Source: an uncultured Thermodesulfobacteriaceae bacterium
Lineage (GTDB): Bacteria > Desulfobacterota > Dissulfuribacteria > Dissulfuribacterales > UBA3076
Assembly: GCA_964646435.1 (NCBI GenBank)
Contig: CAZYEJ010000001.1
Location: 4,912-68,911, forward strand
Reading direction: 5' to 3'
DNA length: 64,000 nt
The position numbers and the translations under genes are program-made. Below the pieces are notes generated by a model. It saw nothing but the letters and a program-made list of their open reading frames with translations, was not told the DNA's origin and made no database searches. Below are positions 18,453 to 27,258 of the stretch, piece by piece (positions within the stretch are counted from its first letter, which is position 1; each line of letters begins with the position of its first letter).

Positions 18453-19756
18453 CCCAGTCCCAGTTCCCCCACGGCCCTTGAAAGACGTTCAAGCAGCCTT
18501 CCTTCGTCAATAGTAGTAAGCACCCTGTCCTCCATGAGCATGCGTCCTGCCACCATAACATCCTGTACGTCTCCGCTCCTTGCCGCATAGACAAGGTGAG
18601 ATATAGGATTATAGCAAGGCCGGAGGTGTACCTGATTCATGTCCACCACTATCAGGTCTGCCTTGGAACCTTCACGCAGGCATCCAAGGTCCTCTCTGTG
18701 CAGGGCCTTTGCCGCCCAGGTAGTAGCCATGGAAAAGGCCTCAGGGGCGGATATTAGGGTTGGATCTTTTCTAACGCCCTTATGTAGCTTTGCAGCAGTA
18801 TCCATCTCACTCATAAGATCAAGGTCATTGTTGCTGGCAGCCCCGTCCGTCCCCAGGGCAACTGTCACACCGGCTTCAAGGAGCTCTGGCACAGGGGCAA
18901 TCCCGGAGGCCAGCTTGAGGTTGCTCTCCGGACAATGAACTACCCGGACATCTCTCCGGGCCAAAAGCGATATGTCATTTTTGCTCAAGCTCACACAGTG
19001 GATGGCAAGCAATCGATCTCCAAGAAGGCCGAGCCTGTCCAGATGCTCTGCCGGAGAAACCCCGCAGAGTCTTCGGATCTCCGCGTTCTCCCATTCTGTC
19101 TCGGCAAGATGGATTACTATCAGTGCGTCCCTGGCCTCTGCCAACTTCTGTGAGTGCTTGAGCAGTTCAGGTCTGCAGGTATAGGGCGTATGAGGATCAA
19201 CGGTTATGGTGATCCTCGGATGCCCCTTCCATTTGTCCATCAAACGTTCCGTCTCTTTAAGGGCCTCTTCTCCGGAGGAAAACGATGGTGACGGAAAATC
19301 AAATACCCCCTCTCCAAGCCAAGCCCTGAGCCCTACCCTGTCAGCCACAGAGGCAACACTGTCTTCGAACATATACATGTCCACAAAACTAGTGGTTCCG
19401 CACCGTATCATTTCTGCACAGGCGAGCTCAGTCCCGAGTGCTACAAGTTCTGAGGTCAACCTGGCCTCAGCAGGAAAAATGTGGTCCTCAAGCCACGTTT
19501 TAAGAGGGAGGTCATCAGCAAGGCCCCTGAAAAGGACCATGGCAGCATGGGTATGGGAATTCATGAGTCCTGGAAGTATGAGTCCTGATGGCCTGTTAAT
19601 GGTTTTATTTGCAATAAAACTTTTTGAAAGTTCAGGCAAAGGACCGGCTGCAACTATAGTATCATCTCTTATGGCAACGGCTCCCCCAGGGATTGGGGAA
19701 TCATTCGGGTGAGACATGAGAATTTCACCACATATCAAAAAATCTACTGATTCCAC
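18449..19756 (-). CDS. mtaD: 5'-methylthioadenosine/S-adenosylhomocysteine deaminase (amidohydrolase)
   Basis: PGLMNSHTHAAMVLFRGLADDLPLKTWL metal-binding HxH context. HLAET and GTDGAASNNDLD motifs are typical of MtaD. Confidence 0.85.
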   Translation of the reverse strand: MESVDFLICGEILMSHPNDSPIPGGAVAIRDDTIVAAGPLPELSKSFIANKTINRPSGLILPGLMNSHTHAAMVLFRGLADDLPLKTWLEDHIFPAEARLTSELVALGTELACAEMIRCGTTSFVDMYMFEDSVASVADRVGLRAWLGEGVFDFPSPSFSSGEEALKETERLMDKWKGHPRITITVDPHTPYTCRPELLKHSQKLAEARDALIVIHLAETEWENAEIRRLCGVSPAEHLDRLGLLGDRLLAIHCVSLSKNDISLLARRDVRVVHCPESNLKLASGIAPVPELLEAGVTVALGTDGAASNNDLDLMSEMDTAAKLHKGVRKDPTLISAPEAFSMATTWAAKALHREDLGCLREGSKADLIVVDMNQVHLRPCYNPISHLVYAARSGDVQDVMVAGRMLMEDRVLTTIDEGRLLERLSRAVGELGLG

Positions 19757-19772
19757 TTTAAGTGCTCCTTAT

Positions 19773-19895
19773 AACCCACCGAACTGTAAGCGTTTACAGG
19801 GTGTTGCAAATGCGAGGCGTACGGGTACGCAGACGTACTCCCTGTACTTCAAGTACCCGACAACAAAGCAGATGCGATGCCCTGTGAACGCTTCA
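19773..19895 (+). repeat. Interspersed element family 'tgtRagcgtttacaggg', copy B (short form)
   Basis: aacccaccgaactgtaagcgtttacagggtg...gccctgtgaacgcttca aligns along its whole length with copy A. Confidence 0.75.
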
Positions 19896-20763
19896 CTAAA
19901 AAAGCTACCAGAAGACGCTCCAGACGGTGTTCCGCCTTCCGGGCCCGAGCTATAACGTCATCTATAAGGATAGGCTGGAAATTGTTCGGATCATTTACAT
20001 TGGCAATAACCGAGATCCCCAGTACCTCCATCCCTGCATGAACAGCAACAATTACCTCCGGCACCAGGGACATGGCCACGGCATCCGCTCCAATCATCCT
20101 GAGAAACTTGGTCTCTGCAGGGGTCTCGAGACTGGGGCCTGGAACAGCCACAAATATTCCCTCCCTCAAGACCATATCCAGGTTCTCAGCTACTTGAATA
20201 ATCTTTTCTCTGAGGGTGATGGAGTAAGCCTTTGAAAGGTCAGGAAATCTCGGCCCCCATCTGTCTATGTTGGGCCCTCTCAGCGGGTTGTCCGGGATCA
20301 GGTTTATGTGATCAGTAATCAGCATCAGGTCCCCTGAGGAAAAATCCAGGTTAAGGCCCCCTGCCGCGTTACACCCGATCAGTACCTTTGCTCCCAGGCC
20401 AGCCATTACCCGAATGGGGAATGTAAGCTCCCTTGTACTGTAACCCTCATAGAAGTGAAATCGTCCCTGAAACAGGGCTACTTTGGCATTCCCGATCTTA
20501 CCCACCAGGAGCTTCCCAGCGTGGTCAGGGGAAGTGGACACCGGAAAATTGGGAATATCACCATAGTCGGCTTTCCAGACCATATCCATTGCCCTGGCTA
20601 CACCCCCCAGGCCCGTGCCTAGCACCAGGCATACATCCGGGGTCCAGGGCAGCTCTCTCTGAAAAAAACTTACAGTCTCTCCAACTGCCGCAACATACTG
20701 TTCCATAAACGTGTATCCATAGAAGACGGAGAGAAAAAAGTCAATGTGCGGAGATGTATACAC
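19849..20763 (-). CDS. Purine nucleoside phosphorylase (PNP family 2; possibly acting on methylthioinosine)
   Basis: GRFHFYEGYS, the GxNAAGG context (IGCNAAGGLN) and MSLVPEV motifs. The likely true start is MEQYVAAV at 20706. The last 15 codons and the stop lie inside repeat copy B. Confidence 0.85.
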   Translation of the reverse strand: MYTSPHIDFFLSVFYGYTFMEQYVAAVGETVSFFQRELPWTPDVCLVLGTGLGGVARAMDMVWKADYGDIPNFPVSTSPDHAGKLLVGKIGNAKVALFQGRFHFYEGYSTRELTFPIRVMAGLGAKVLIGCNAAGGLNLDFSSGDLMLITDHINLIPDNPLRGPNIDRWGPRFPDLSKAYSITLREKIIQVAENLDMVLREGIFVAVPGPSLETPAETKFLRMIGADAVAMSLVPEVIVAVHAGMEVLGISVIANVNDPNNFQPILIDDVIARARKAEHRLERLLVAFLVKRSQGIASALLSGT

Positions 20764-20880
20764 TACACGGACACAAATTGCTTTTGTATCTATGGAAAAT
20801 TAGCAACACGCACGAACCACTTGCAAAACGCCGGATATTACCCTATAGCTGCCGTGTATCTGTGGAACAAATGGGTGTTT

Positions 20881-20962
20881 AGGTGAAAGGTAGAAGGCTG
20901 AAGCCAATTATTAATTGTCAGTTTTCTTTTACCTTCCACCTTTAGCCTTCCACCTTCTACCT
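20881..20962. repeat. Imperfect low-complexity palindrome (aggtgaaaggtagaaggctgaag ... cttccaccttctacct)
   Basis: The inverted arms can be read directly. The motif aggtNgaaggNtgaaggctgaag also occurs inside the 24123 and 37484 elements. Confidence 0.6.
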
Positions 20963-20991
20963 GAGTATTTAAAAGGAATGGAGCCCATCTG

Positions 20992-22023
20992 ATGCCAGAC
21001 CTTGGTTCGGCCATAGATTTCTATCAGACCGCAGGCAGCTTCCTGATCTATCTTCTTCTAATTGCTGCAGCGGCCTTGGCGGTCTGCATCCCCTTGCAGG
21101 CAAAACAGTCCGGCGGACTGACTGAGCGTGTTGCATATTACCTGATATTAGGCATTTTGGCTCTATTGGCAGCAGGATCGATCCTGGTCATCTGGTTTCA
21201 TTGGGAAATATATCAGCACGTGGTCCTGCGCCTTCCGGAAAACCTGGCCCATGAAATCAATCGATGGCTGGCAGCAGCCAATAGCCGTTCCTCCTATACA
21301 CTTCCCCTGTATGATCCGGCGGCACCGCCCAAGTATGTCCTTCCCTTCTGGCTGGAAAATGAAAAGTATCTTTTCTGGTTCCTGGCCTATGCAGGAATGG
21401 CCCTCTTCGCCTGGCGCAGGCTGAGCCAGCCAATTTTCCGTATCCTGCTCCAGGTCCTCCTTGTAATCCAGGTGGCTGTGCTTTGCCTGGTCTGTAATCC
21501 CTTTCAACAACCTCTTCCCCGCTTTTTTCAAGAGATCAGCCCCTGGTTTTCACCCCTGGCTCCTATATCGCGCTTTGGTCTATTCATGCAGCTCTACCCC
21601 AAACTTATCTTTTACTACAATGCGCACTACATGTGGACACATCCGCCTCTCCTCTTTATGGCCTATGCCGGTCTTACGGTCTTTTTCGCCGGCTGCGTTG
21701 CCATGCTACGGACCGGAGAGGCGGCCTGCGAGACCATGGCCTATGCCCACGCAAAGGCAAGCTACCTTTTTCTGACATTAGGCATGCTTCTCGGATACCC
21801 GTGGGCCCTTCAGGCCTGGGGACCAAACTGGTGGTGGGACCCAAAGGTCGCGAGTTCCCTCATGATGTGGATAGTTTTTTCAACTTATCTCCATGCCAGG
21901 CTATACCTGTCCCGCAAAGGTATGTGGGGTTTTGTAGGGGGTCTTGGTATCCTCTGTTTCTGTGCCATGCTCTTTACATTTACGGCCTCGTTTTTCTTTC
22001 CAGGGGAGCATACAGTACACTGA
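20992..22023 (+). CDS. ccsA: Cytochrome c biogenesis protein, CcsA/ResC-type haem handling
   Basis: Polytopic membrane protein with the Trp-rich WWD motif WGPNWWWDPKVASSLMMW. Confidence 0.8.
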   Translation: MPDLGSAIDFYQTAGSFLIYLLLIAAAALAVCIPLQAKQSGGLTERVAYYLILGILALLAAGSILVIWFHWEIYQHVVLRLPENLAHEINRWLAAANSRSSYTLPLYDPAAPPKYVLPFWLENEKYLFWFLAYAGMALFAWRRLSQPIFRILLQVLLVIQVAVLCLVCNPFQQPLPRFFQEISPWFSPLAPISRFGLFMQLYPKLIFYYNAHYMWTHPPLLFMAYAGLTVFFAGCVAMLRTGEAACETMAYAHAKASYLFLTLGMLLGYPWALQAWGPNWWWDPKVASSLMMWIVFSTYLHARLYLSRKGMWGFVGGLGILCFCAMLFTFTASFFFPGEHTVH

Positions 22024-22024
22024 A

Positions 22025-22645
22025 ATGCGCAGATTTAACTACGACTTAATTCTGATCCTGATCACAGTAGGGATTCTGTTTCTTATCTCCCTTTTATGCA
22101 TAGGAGGAATGTTTTACTTCAAGTGGGCCGAACTTCAGAGTGTAGCTCCGGCAATCAAAATGGCCTTTCAGGAACAGATGAACAGTCTCCTCGCCCCCTT
22201 CCTGGTGGCACTTCTCCTGACTCTTGGACTCTGTATACCCAAGCGGCTATTCCCTCCTCGCTGGCTTTATACCTTTATTATTCTGTTGGGGCTTACCGGT
22301 CTGGGTTCTGCTCTGGTATGGGGGTGGCGTGAATCACTGTTCTGGATGCTTGTTATCTCAGCCGCACTCCAGGCCATGGTCCTTATCCTGGTGGTGTCGG
22401 GCCGGCGCCTGAAATTCCTTTGCGAAGGGTACTGGAACCGCCTCGGCTCCTCTTTAGTTCATCTGGGGCTTGTCCTTTTCTGCCTGGATTTCTTTCTTCT
22501 TAGCCGCTGGGATATGCATCTTGTCATCTTCTGGATTTCAGCCATATGCATCTTTATCGGAATGATTGTAACATTTTATGCCGAAGGCATGATGGAATGG
22601 TTGCGAAGACGGAAAAATAGTCAGGAATTCACGGACCGCCAATAG
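22025..22645 (+). CDS. Integral membrane protein of unknown function
   Basis: Hydrophobic throughout. The ATG at 22025 lies 1 nt after the ccsA stop. The ORF-track start at 21944 would overlap ccsA by 80 nt. Confidence 0.6.
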   Translation: MRRFNYDLILILITVGILFLISLLCIGGMFYFKWAELQSVAPAIKMAFQEQMNSLLAPFLVALLLTLGLCIPKRLFPPRWLYTFIILLGLTGLGSALVWGWRESLFWMLVISAALQAMVLILVVSGRRLKFLCEGYWNRLGSSLVHLGLVLFCLDFFLLSRWDMHLVIFWISAICIFIGMIVTFYAEGMMEWLRRRKNSQEFTDRQ

Positions 22646-22689
22646 TCCACTTAACATTTACCGTTAGAATACCTCATAGTGGTAAAAGA

Positions 22690-22802
22690 AACCGCCAAGG
22701 CGCCAAGAACGCTAAGAAATACTTTTTATCCAGCCGGTAACGGTCCGGCTGGATAAGTATCTTCTTTGTGTTTAACTTTGCGTCCTTGGCGCCTTGGCGG
22801 TT
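22690..22802. repeat. Nested palindrome between convergent genes (likely bidirectional terminator or REP-like unit)
   Basis: Outer arms aaccgccaaggcgccaagaacgc / gcgtccttggcgccttggcggtt. Inner hairpin atccagccgg-taacgg-tccggctggat. Confidence 0.65.
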
Positions 22803-22817
22803 CAATTTCCTCCACCA

Positions 22818-24017
22818 CTATTCTTCCCGCAGTGCATCCACCGGATCCAGACGGGCAGCACGCCAGGCGGGCAGCACGCCTGCAAGCAGGCCTATGGCCG
22901 CGGCTAGCATCTCAGCCAGAAGTACATAGAACCATGGAGTGTGCACAGGCAGGGCCGGTACAAAGAAATGGATAAGCTGCGCACCGCCGGCACCAAGGGC
23001 CATTCCGGCCAGACCACCAATGGCGGCCAGCACCACAGCCTCGCCAAGAAACAGGATCAGCACCTGTATGCGCGTGGCCCCAAGTGCCCGTAGCAGACCT
23101 ATCTCAGCAGTCCTTTCGTTTACTGCGATAGTCATGACAGTGAGTATCCCCACGCAGCCCACAAGCAGTGAGATCCCGCCAAGTGCGCCGACTGCTATAG
23201 TCAAGACATCCAGCACCGAGCCGAGCACATCAAGCATCTGCTGCTGGGTGGTGATGGTGAAATCCTCCTGCCCATGGCGAGCCATGAGCATCCGGCGAAT
23301 TCCAGCCACCACCTCATCCACGGACGCACCTTCGGAGTAAAGGACATCGATCTCCATCAGGCCTTCCCGGTTGAAGAGCTCCAGGCCCCTGACGGTTGGT
23401 ATGTACACGGTGTCATCCATGTCAAAGCCCAGGATCTGGCCTTTGGACTCCATGGTTCCGATAACGCGAAAGCGGTCACCGCCGATACGGATGCGCTGCC
23501 CTAAAGGATTCGCCGTGCTGAATAGTTCTTTACGCATCTTGCTGCCCAGTACGGCAAAAGCACGTGGTGCGTCCGGATCGTCAGCAGGCAGGAACCTCCC
23601 CGCACTGACTTTAATACGAAGAACAGCGGGCATCTCCGGCCCGACACCATAGATCGTAGTACGGCGACGCTTCCTTCCGCCCTCAACCTCGGCGTTTCCC
23701 CATATCCAAGGGATGACGGCGTTCACATGGGGGACCCTTCGCAGTGCCTCGACATCACCGAGCGTCAGAAGGCGCACCGACCCAAGTATGCCGAGCGGAG
23801 TACCCATGGTGGTTACTCGCCCAGGGTTGATCCCGATCAAGTTGGTGCCGAACTGGGTAAATTCCGAGACCACAAAGCGGTTCAGACCCTCGCCGATAGA
23901 GGTAAGAAGTACCACCGCGGCAATCCCGACCGCAATGCCAAGCCCCGTCAGGAAGCTGCGCATCCGTTGAGCCGTGATGGAACCGATCGTGAGTCTTATG
24001 AAATCTCTGATCAGCAC
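22818..24017 (-). CDS. ABC transporter permease (MacB/FtsX-type)
   Basis: N-terminal TM helix, a large periplasmic domain, and a C-terminal FtsX-like three-TM region ending ARLDPVDALREE. Confidence 0.85.
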   Translation of the reverse strand: MLIRDFIRLTIGSITAQRMRSFLTGLGIAVGIAAVVLLTSIGEGLNRFVVSEFTQFGTNLIGINPGRVTTMGTPLGILGSVRLLTLGDVEALRRVPHVNAVIPWIWGNAEVEGGRKRRRTTIYGVGPEMPAVLRIKVSAGRFLPADDPDAPRAFAVLGSKMRKELFSTANPLGQRIRIGGDRFRVIGTMESKGQILGFDMDDTVYIPTVRGLELFNREGLMEIDVLYSEGASVDEVVAGIRRMLMARHGQEDFTITTQQQMLDVLGSVLDVLTIAVGALGGISLLVGCVGILTVMTIAVNERTAEIGLLRALGATRIQVLILFLGEAVVLAAIGGLAGMALGAGGAQLIHFFVPALPVHTPWFYVLLAEMLAAAIGLLAGVLPAWRAARLDPVDALREE

Positions 24018-24122
24018 TTGTGACCTTTTAGTAGGGGTTCAGAGGTTCAGGGTTCAAAGGTTCAGGGTTACCTTATTGGATTTATGATTGTTGACTGCTT
24101 TTGCAATACCTCATGTGGTTGT

Positions 24123-24356
24123 TTTGAAAGATGAACATCCAACATCGAACATCGAACGTCCAACGTCGAATGAAAAACAAACATCCAATACCGAACATTC
24201 AACGGTTATTTAGGTCGAAGGTTGAAGGCTGAAGTATACTGATATCCCGCCTCCTGCAATAATTAGCAGCCTTTTTCCCAGGTCATAAGTCTGTTTCTTC
24301 ATCTTTTCTTATTCAACATTCGATGTTGGACGTTCGATGTTCGATGTTCCTCTTTT
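24123..24356 (+). mobile_element. MITE-like element (about 234 bp) with roughly 30-nt terminal inverted repeats, copy 1
   Basis: TIRs gaacatcgaacatcgaacgtccaacgtcgaatg / cattcgatgttggacgttcgatgttcgatgttc. Aligns end to end with the reverse complement of 37484-37718. Confidence 0.75.
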
Positions 24357-24387
24357 TCTTGCCCCCCGCCCCCGCCCCTTTGCCCTA

Positions 24388-25596
24388 TCATCTATGTGAC
24401 AGTGCCTGTACAGGATCCAGACAGGCCGCCCGGCGCGCAGGGAGGACGCTGAACGTTAGACCGGTGGCAATGGCAACGCCCAGTGCCGCTACGACCGCCC
24501 ACCAGGGTGCGCCGACCGGTAAGGCCGGATAGATTCGGCCAATGACCCAGCTTCCGGTTTCACCTATTGCCAGTCCCAGCAAGGCGCCGACAAGAGACAG
24601 CACACCAGCCTCGGTAAGGATCAGCACCAGTATCTGGCGACGGTGTGCACCAAGGGCCTTTAGCAGGCCTATCTCCGCGGTCCGTTGCGAAACGGTAATG
24701 AGCATCACATTCATGGTAAGGATGCCGGCCACGCCGAGACTGATACCCGCAACGCCGGCAACAGTCAGTGTCAGGGCACGGAAAATGCGGTCAAAAGTAG
24801 CCAGAACTGCATCCTGAGTGATCACAGTCACGTCCTCTTCACCCTGATGTCGTTTTCGAATGGTCGACAGGATATGCGTCTTAACCCGGGGAATGGCCTC
24901 CCTGCTCTTCGCTTCCACAAGTATGCGAAAAAGGGTGTTGGTGTTAAAGAGCATTTGTGCAGAAGCCACGGGAAGAATCACCAACTCCTCTACATCAAGG
25001 CCGATGGACCGTCCCTCTGAGCTCATGACACCTATGACGCGGCAGCGCCGGTCTCCGATGCTCATCATCTCCCCGAGTGCCGGATGAGGCCCGAACAGCT
25101 CCTTGCGGACCTTGGACCCGATTACACAGAGAGGGGCCGCCAATTCAGGATCGCCAGGCGGCAGGAAACGACCTTGAGCCATCTTCCAGTGGCGGATCGC
25201 CAGCAGCTCCGATGTGGAGCCGATCACCGGCACCTCACGTTCACGCTGCCGCCAGGAGACATGTACCTCGCCGATGTTTATCGGCGCTATGCGCCGGACT
25301 GCGAAGTGGCGCGCCAGTGCCATGGCATCCCGGATAGTGAGGTCGCGCGGCGTCTCCCCCATGAATGAGGAAGGACCAATACCCGCGGTCTCAGAGCGTC
25401 CCGGCAAGACTATCAGGAGATTGGTTCCCAGCGAGGCGAATTCGTTCACCACAAAGAGTCGCGCACCTTCTCCAACGGCAGTGAGTAGCACGACTGCCGC
25501 CACTCCGATGGACATGGCCAACAGCATGAGCATGGTACGCACCCGGTTTCCCTGCAACGCCCCAACTGAAAAGCGTAAGACATCGCCGGACCTCAT
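24388..25596 (-). CDS. ABC transporter permease (MacB/FtsX-type)
   Basis: Same architecture as 22818-24017, with C-terminus ARRAACLDPVQALSHR. A 4-bp overlap with the upstream ATPase gene. Confidence 0.85.
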   Translation of the reverse strand: MRSGDVLRFSVGALQGNRVRTMLMLLAMSIGVAAVVLLTAVGEGARLFVVNEFASLGTNLLIVLPGRSETAGIGPSSFMGETPRDLTIRDAMALARHFAVRRIAPINIGEVHVSWRQREREVPVIGSTSELLAIRHWKMAQGRFLPPGDPELAAPLCVIGSKVRKELFGPHPALGEMMSIGDRRCRVIGVMSSEGRSIGLDVEELVILPVASAQMLFNTNTLFRILVEAKSREAIPRVKTHILSTIRKRHQGEEDVTVITQDAVLATFDRIFRALTLTVAGVAGISLGVAGILTMNVMLITVSQRTAEIGLLKALGAHRRQILVLILTEAGVLSLVGALLGLAIGETGSWVIGRIYPALPVGAPWWAVVAALGVAIATGLTFSVLPARRAACLDPVQALSHR

Positions 25597-26279
25597 GGCT
25601 TTTCCTGTCCTGAAGTATCGCTGGTGATCCGGCCGTCCACGAGGTGTATTTGGCGATGGGCACGGCCCCCGATCTCCGGATCATGTGTCACAACAATCAG
25701 GATAACGCCTTTTTGGTTCAAATGCTCAAGGATATCAATGACCTCATTGCCGGAAACGCTATCAAGATTGCCTGTAGGCTCGTCGGCGAGCAGCACAGCA
25801 GGTTCCATAATGGTAGCGCGCGCAATGGCTACCCGCTGACGCTGTCCGCCGGAAAGCTCTTCCGGGCGGTGATGGGCGCGCGTCTCAAGACCGACTGCCT
25901 GCAGCAAGCGTCCTGTGCGGGCCTTCCTTTCAGCAGGTGGCATGCCGGCCAGCACCAGCGGCAGTTCGATATTCTGCTCCGCTGTAAGACGCGGCACAAG
26001 ATGGAAAAACTGGAACACAAAGCCGATCTTTTCCCGCCGTGTGCTGGCCTGTTGATCATCAGTCAAAGAGGTGACATCCGTTCCATCCAGCAGGTAGCGG
26101 CCGGAGGTAGACCGATCCAGGATCCCCAGGATGTTCAGCAATGTAGACTTGCCTGAGCCGGAAGGCCCCATGATGGAAAGATACTCTCCCCGGCCTATAT
26201 GCAGCATAAGGTCGTTCAGGGCATGGACCTTCTGCTCGCCGACCTGGAAAATACGGTGGACGTGCTCAAGACGGATCAT
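25593..26279 (-). CDS. ABC transporter ATP-binding protein (MacB/LolD-like)
   Basis: Walker A GPSGSGKST, signature LSGGQRQRVAIARA, Walker B LLADEPTGNLD. Confidence 0.92.
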   Translation of the reverse strand: MIRLEHVHRIFQVGEQKVHALNDLMLHIGRGEYLSIMGPSGSGKSTLLNILGILDRSTSGRYLLDGTDVTSLTDDQQASTRREKIGFVFQFFHLVPRLTAEQNIELPLVLAGMPPAERKARTGRLLQAVGLETRAHHRPEELSGGQRQRVAIARATIMEPAVLLADEPTGNLDSVSGNEVIDILEHLNQKGVILIVVTHDPEIGGRAHRQIHLVDGRITSDTSGQEKP

Positions 26280-26940
26280 TGGTAATTATCCCACCCCTTC
26301 CGAACTGCCAAGGAATGTGAACGGTTACGATCATCGAATTTCACGGTATGTAATTTACCCTAAATTTTATACCAACCTTACACCAATCAATACTGCCCTA
26401 CCAAATAAAATACTTTAATCCACAGATTTCGCCTCAGAGAAATAGGCTACGCATTTCACAGGACAAGCAGATTACCCCAGTACCATCTCACGGAGCTACG
26501 GGGCAGGCACGGATTACTCTATCTGAAACATCACCAATCCTTTTTGACAATCGAAAGAATAGTGTATATTTATTCAAAAGTATTCATACACCTTGAGGTG
26601 AGTGGGAGCAGTGGTTTTGGAAAAAGAGACAGAATATCCCTTTGATGTGGTCTCAATTGATGTCCAGAATATACCTTTAAGGGCCGGGATTGCCAGGCAG
26701 GGATATCCCATTCTTTTGGAAGACGAAGAGCGTTGGGATAATTTTCGTTTCTTTGCCTAGATAGATGGAATGGATTTTAGGTCCAGGATAGAGAGGTTCT
26801 ATGAAGAGCGCTTATATGATCAATATTGAGAAAACAAAATTTGGGGTTTTCGTTCAGACACTACTTAACATACGGCTATTTCCAAATATTCAAAGAAGCT
26901 AAAGTCCCACCGGAACCCAGTGAGTCTTTTAGCCTATTGA

Positions 26941-26986
26941 ATCATCTTTTTCTCGTTCCCAGGCAGAGCCTGGGAATGAGATGATG
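26941..26986. repeat. REP-like palindromic unit (ctcgTTCCCAGGcagagCCTGGGAAtgag with outer arms atcatct/agatgat)
   Basis: Perfect 8-bp core stem read directly. The same unit is at 35758-35786. Confidence 0.7.
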
Positions 26987-27258
26987 TTTATTGATTCGGC
27001 ATGGAAGAAGGTATGACTGGTATCAGAATCCTAAAACAAATATATCTCAACCTATACCCCGGCATAGAGAAATTAAGGAATGACTGGCTAAACACATTAG
27101 CACTGTGTTCGACAATAAAATGAAAATATACGACGAATTTTTTTCTATAATCATCTGACACAAAAAGCCGGCGCGATTTTACCCCAATTTGCAATATTTT
27201 GTTCGGCTTTTTGTACAACTGATCCTGAGCGTTATGGTGCATATGAATAGGTCTTGAA

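Noticed and set aside
21944-22024. N-terminal extensions proposed by the ORF track: 21944 for the membrane protein, 47724 for the molybdopterin-binding protein, 29993 for hsdS, 52928 for the OMP, and 17991 for the LOG-like protein.
   Set aside because: Each extension overlaps the preceding gene substantially. An internal ATG placed at or just after the upstream stop gives a normal N-terminus (signal peptide, TM segment or family-typical start).
24020-24180. Short periodic repeats (ggttcagRg x4 at about 24030-24070, and gaacatcgaac units) that superficially resemble a repeat array or CRISPR.
   Set aside because: The units are 6-9 nt with no spacers, and they form the arms of palindromes. No cas genes are present. 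This is not a CRISPR array.
22818-26279. Numerous 60-170-aa antisense ORFs across the ABC transporter genes.
   Set aside because: These are GC-rich shadow frames. The sense frames carry complete Walker/signature and FtsX-type permease architectures.
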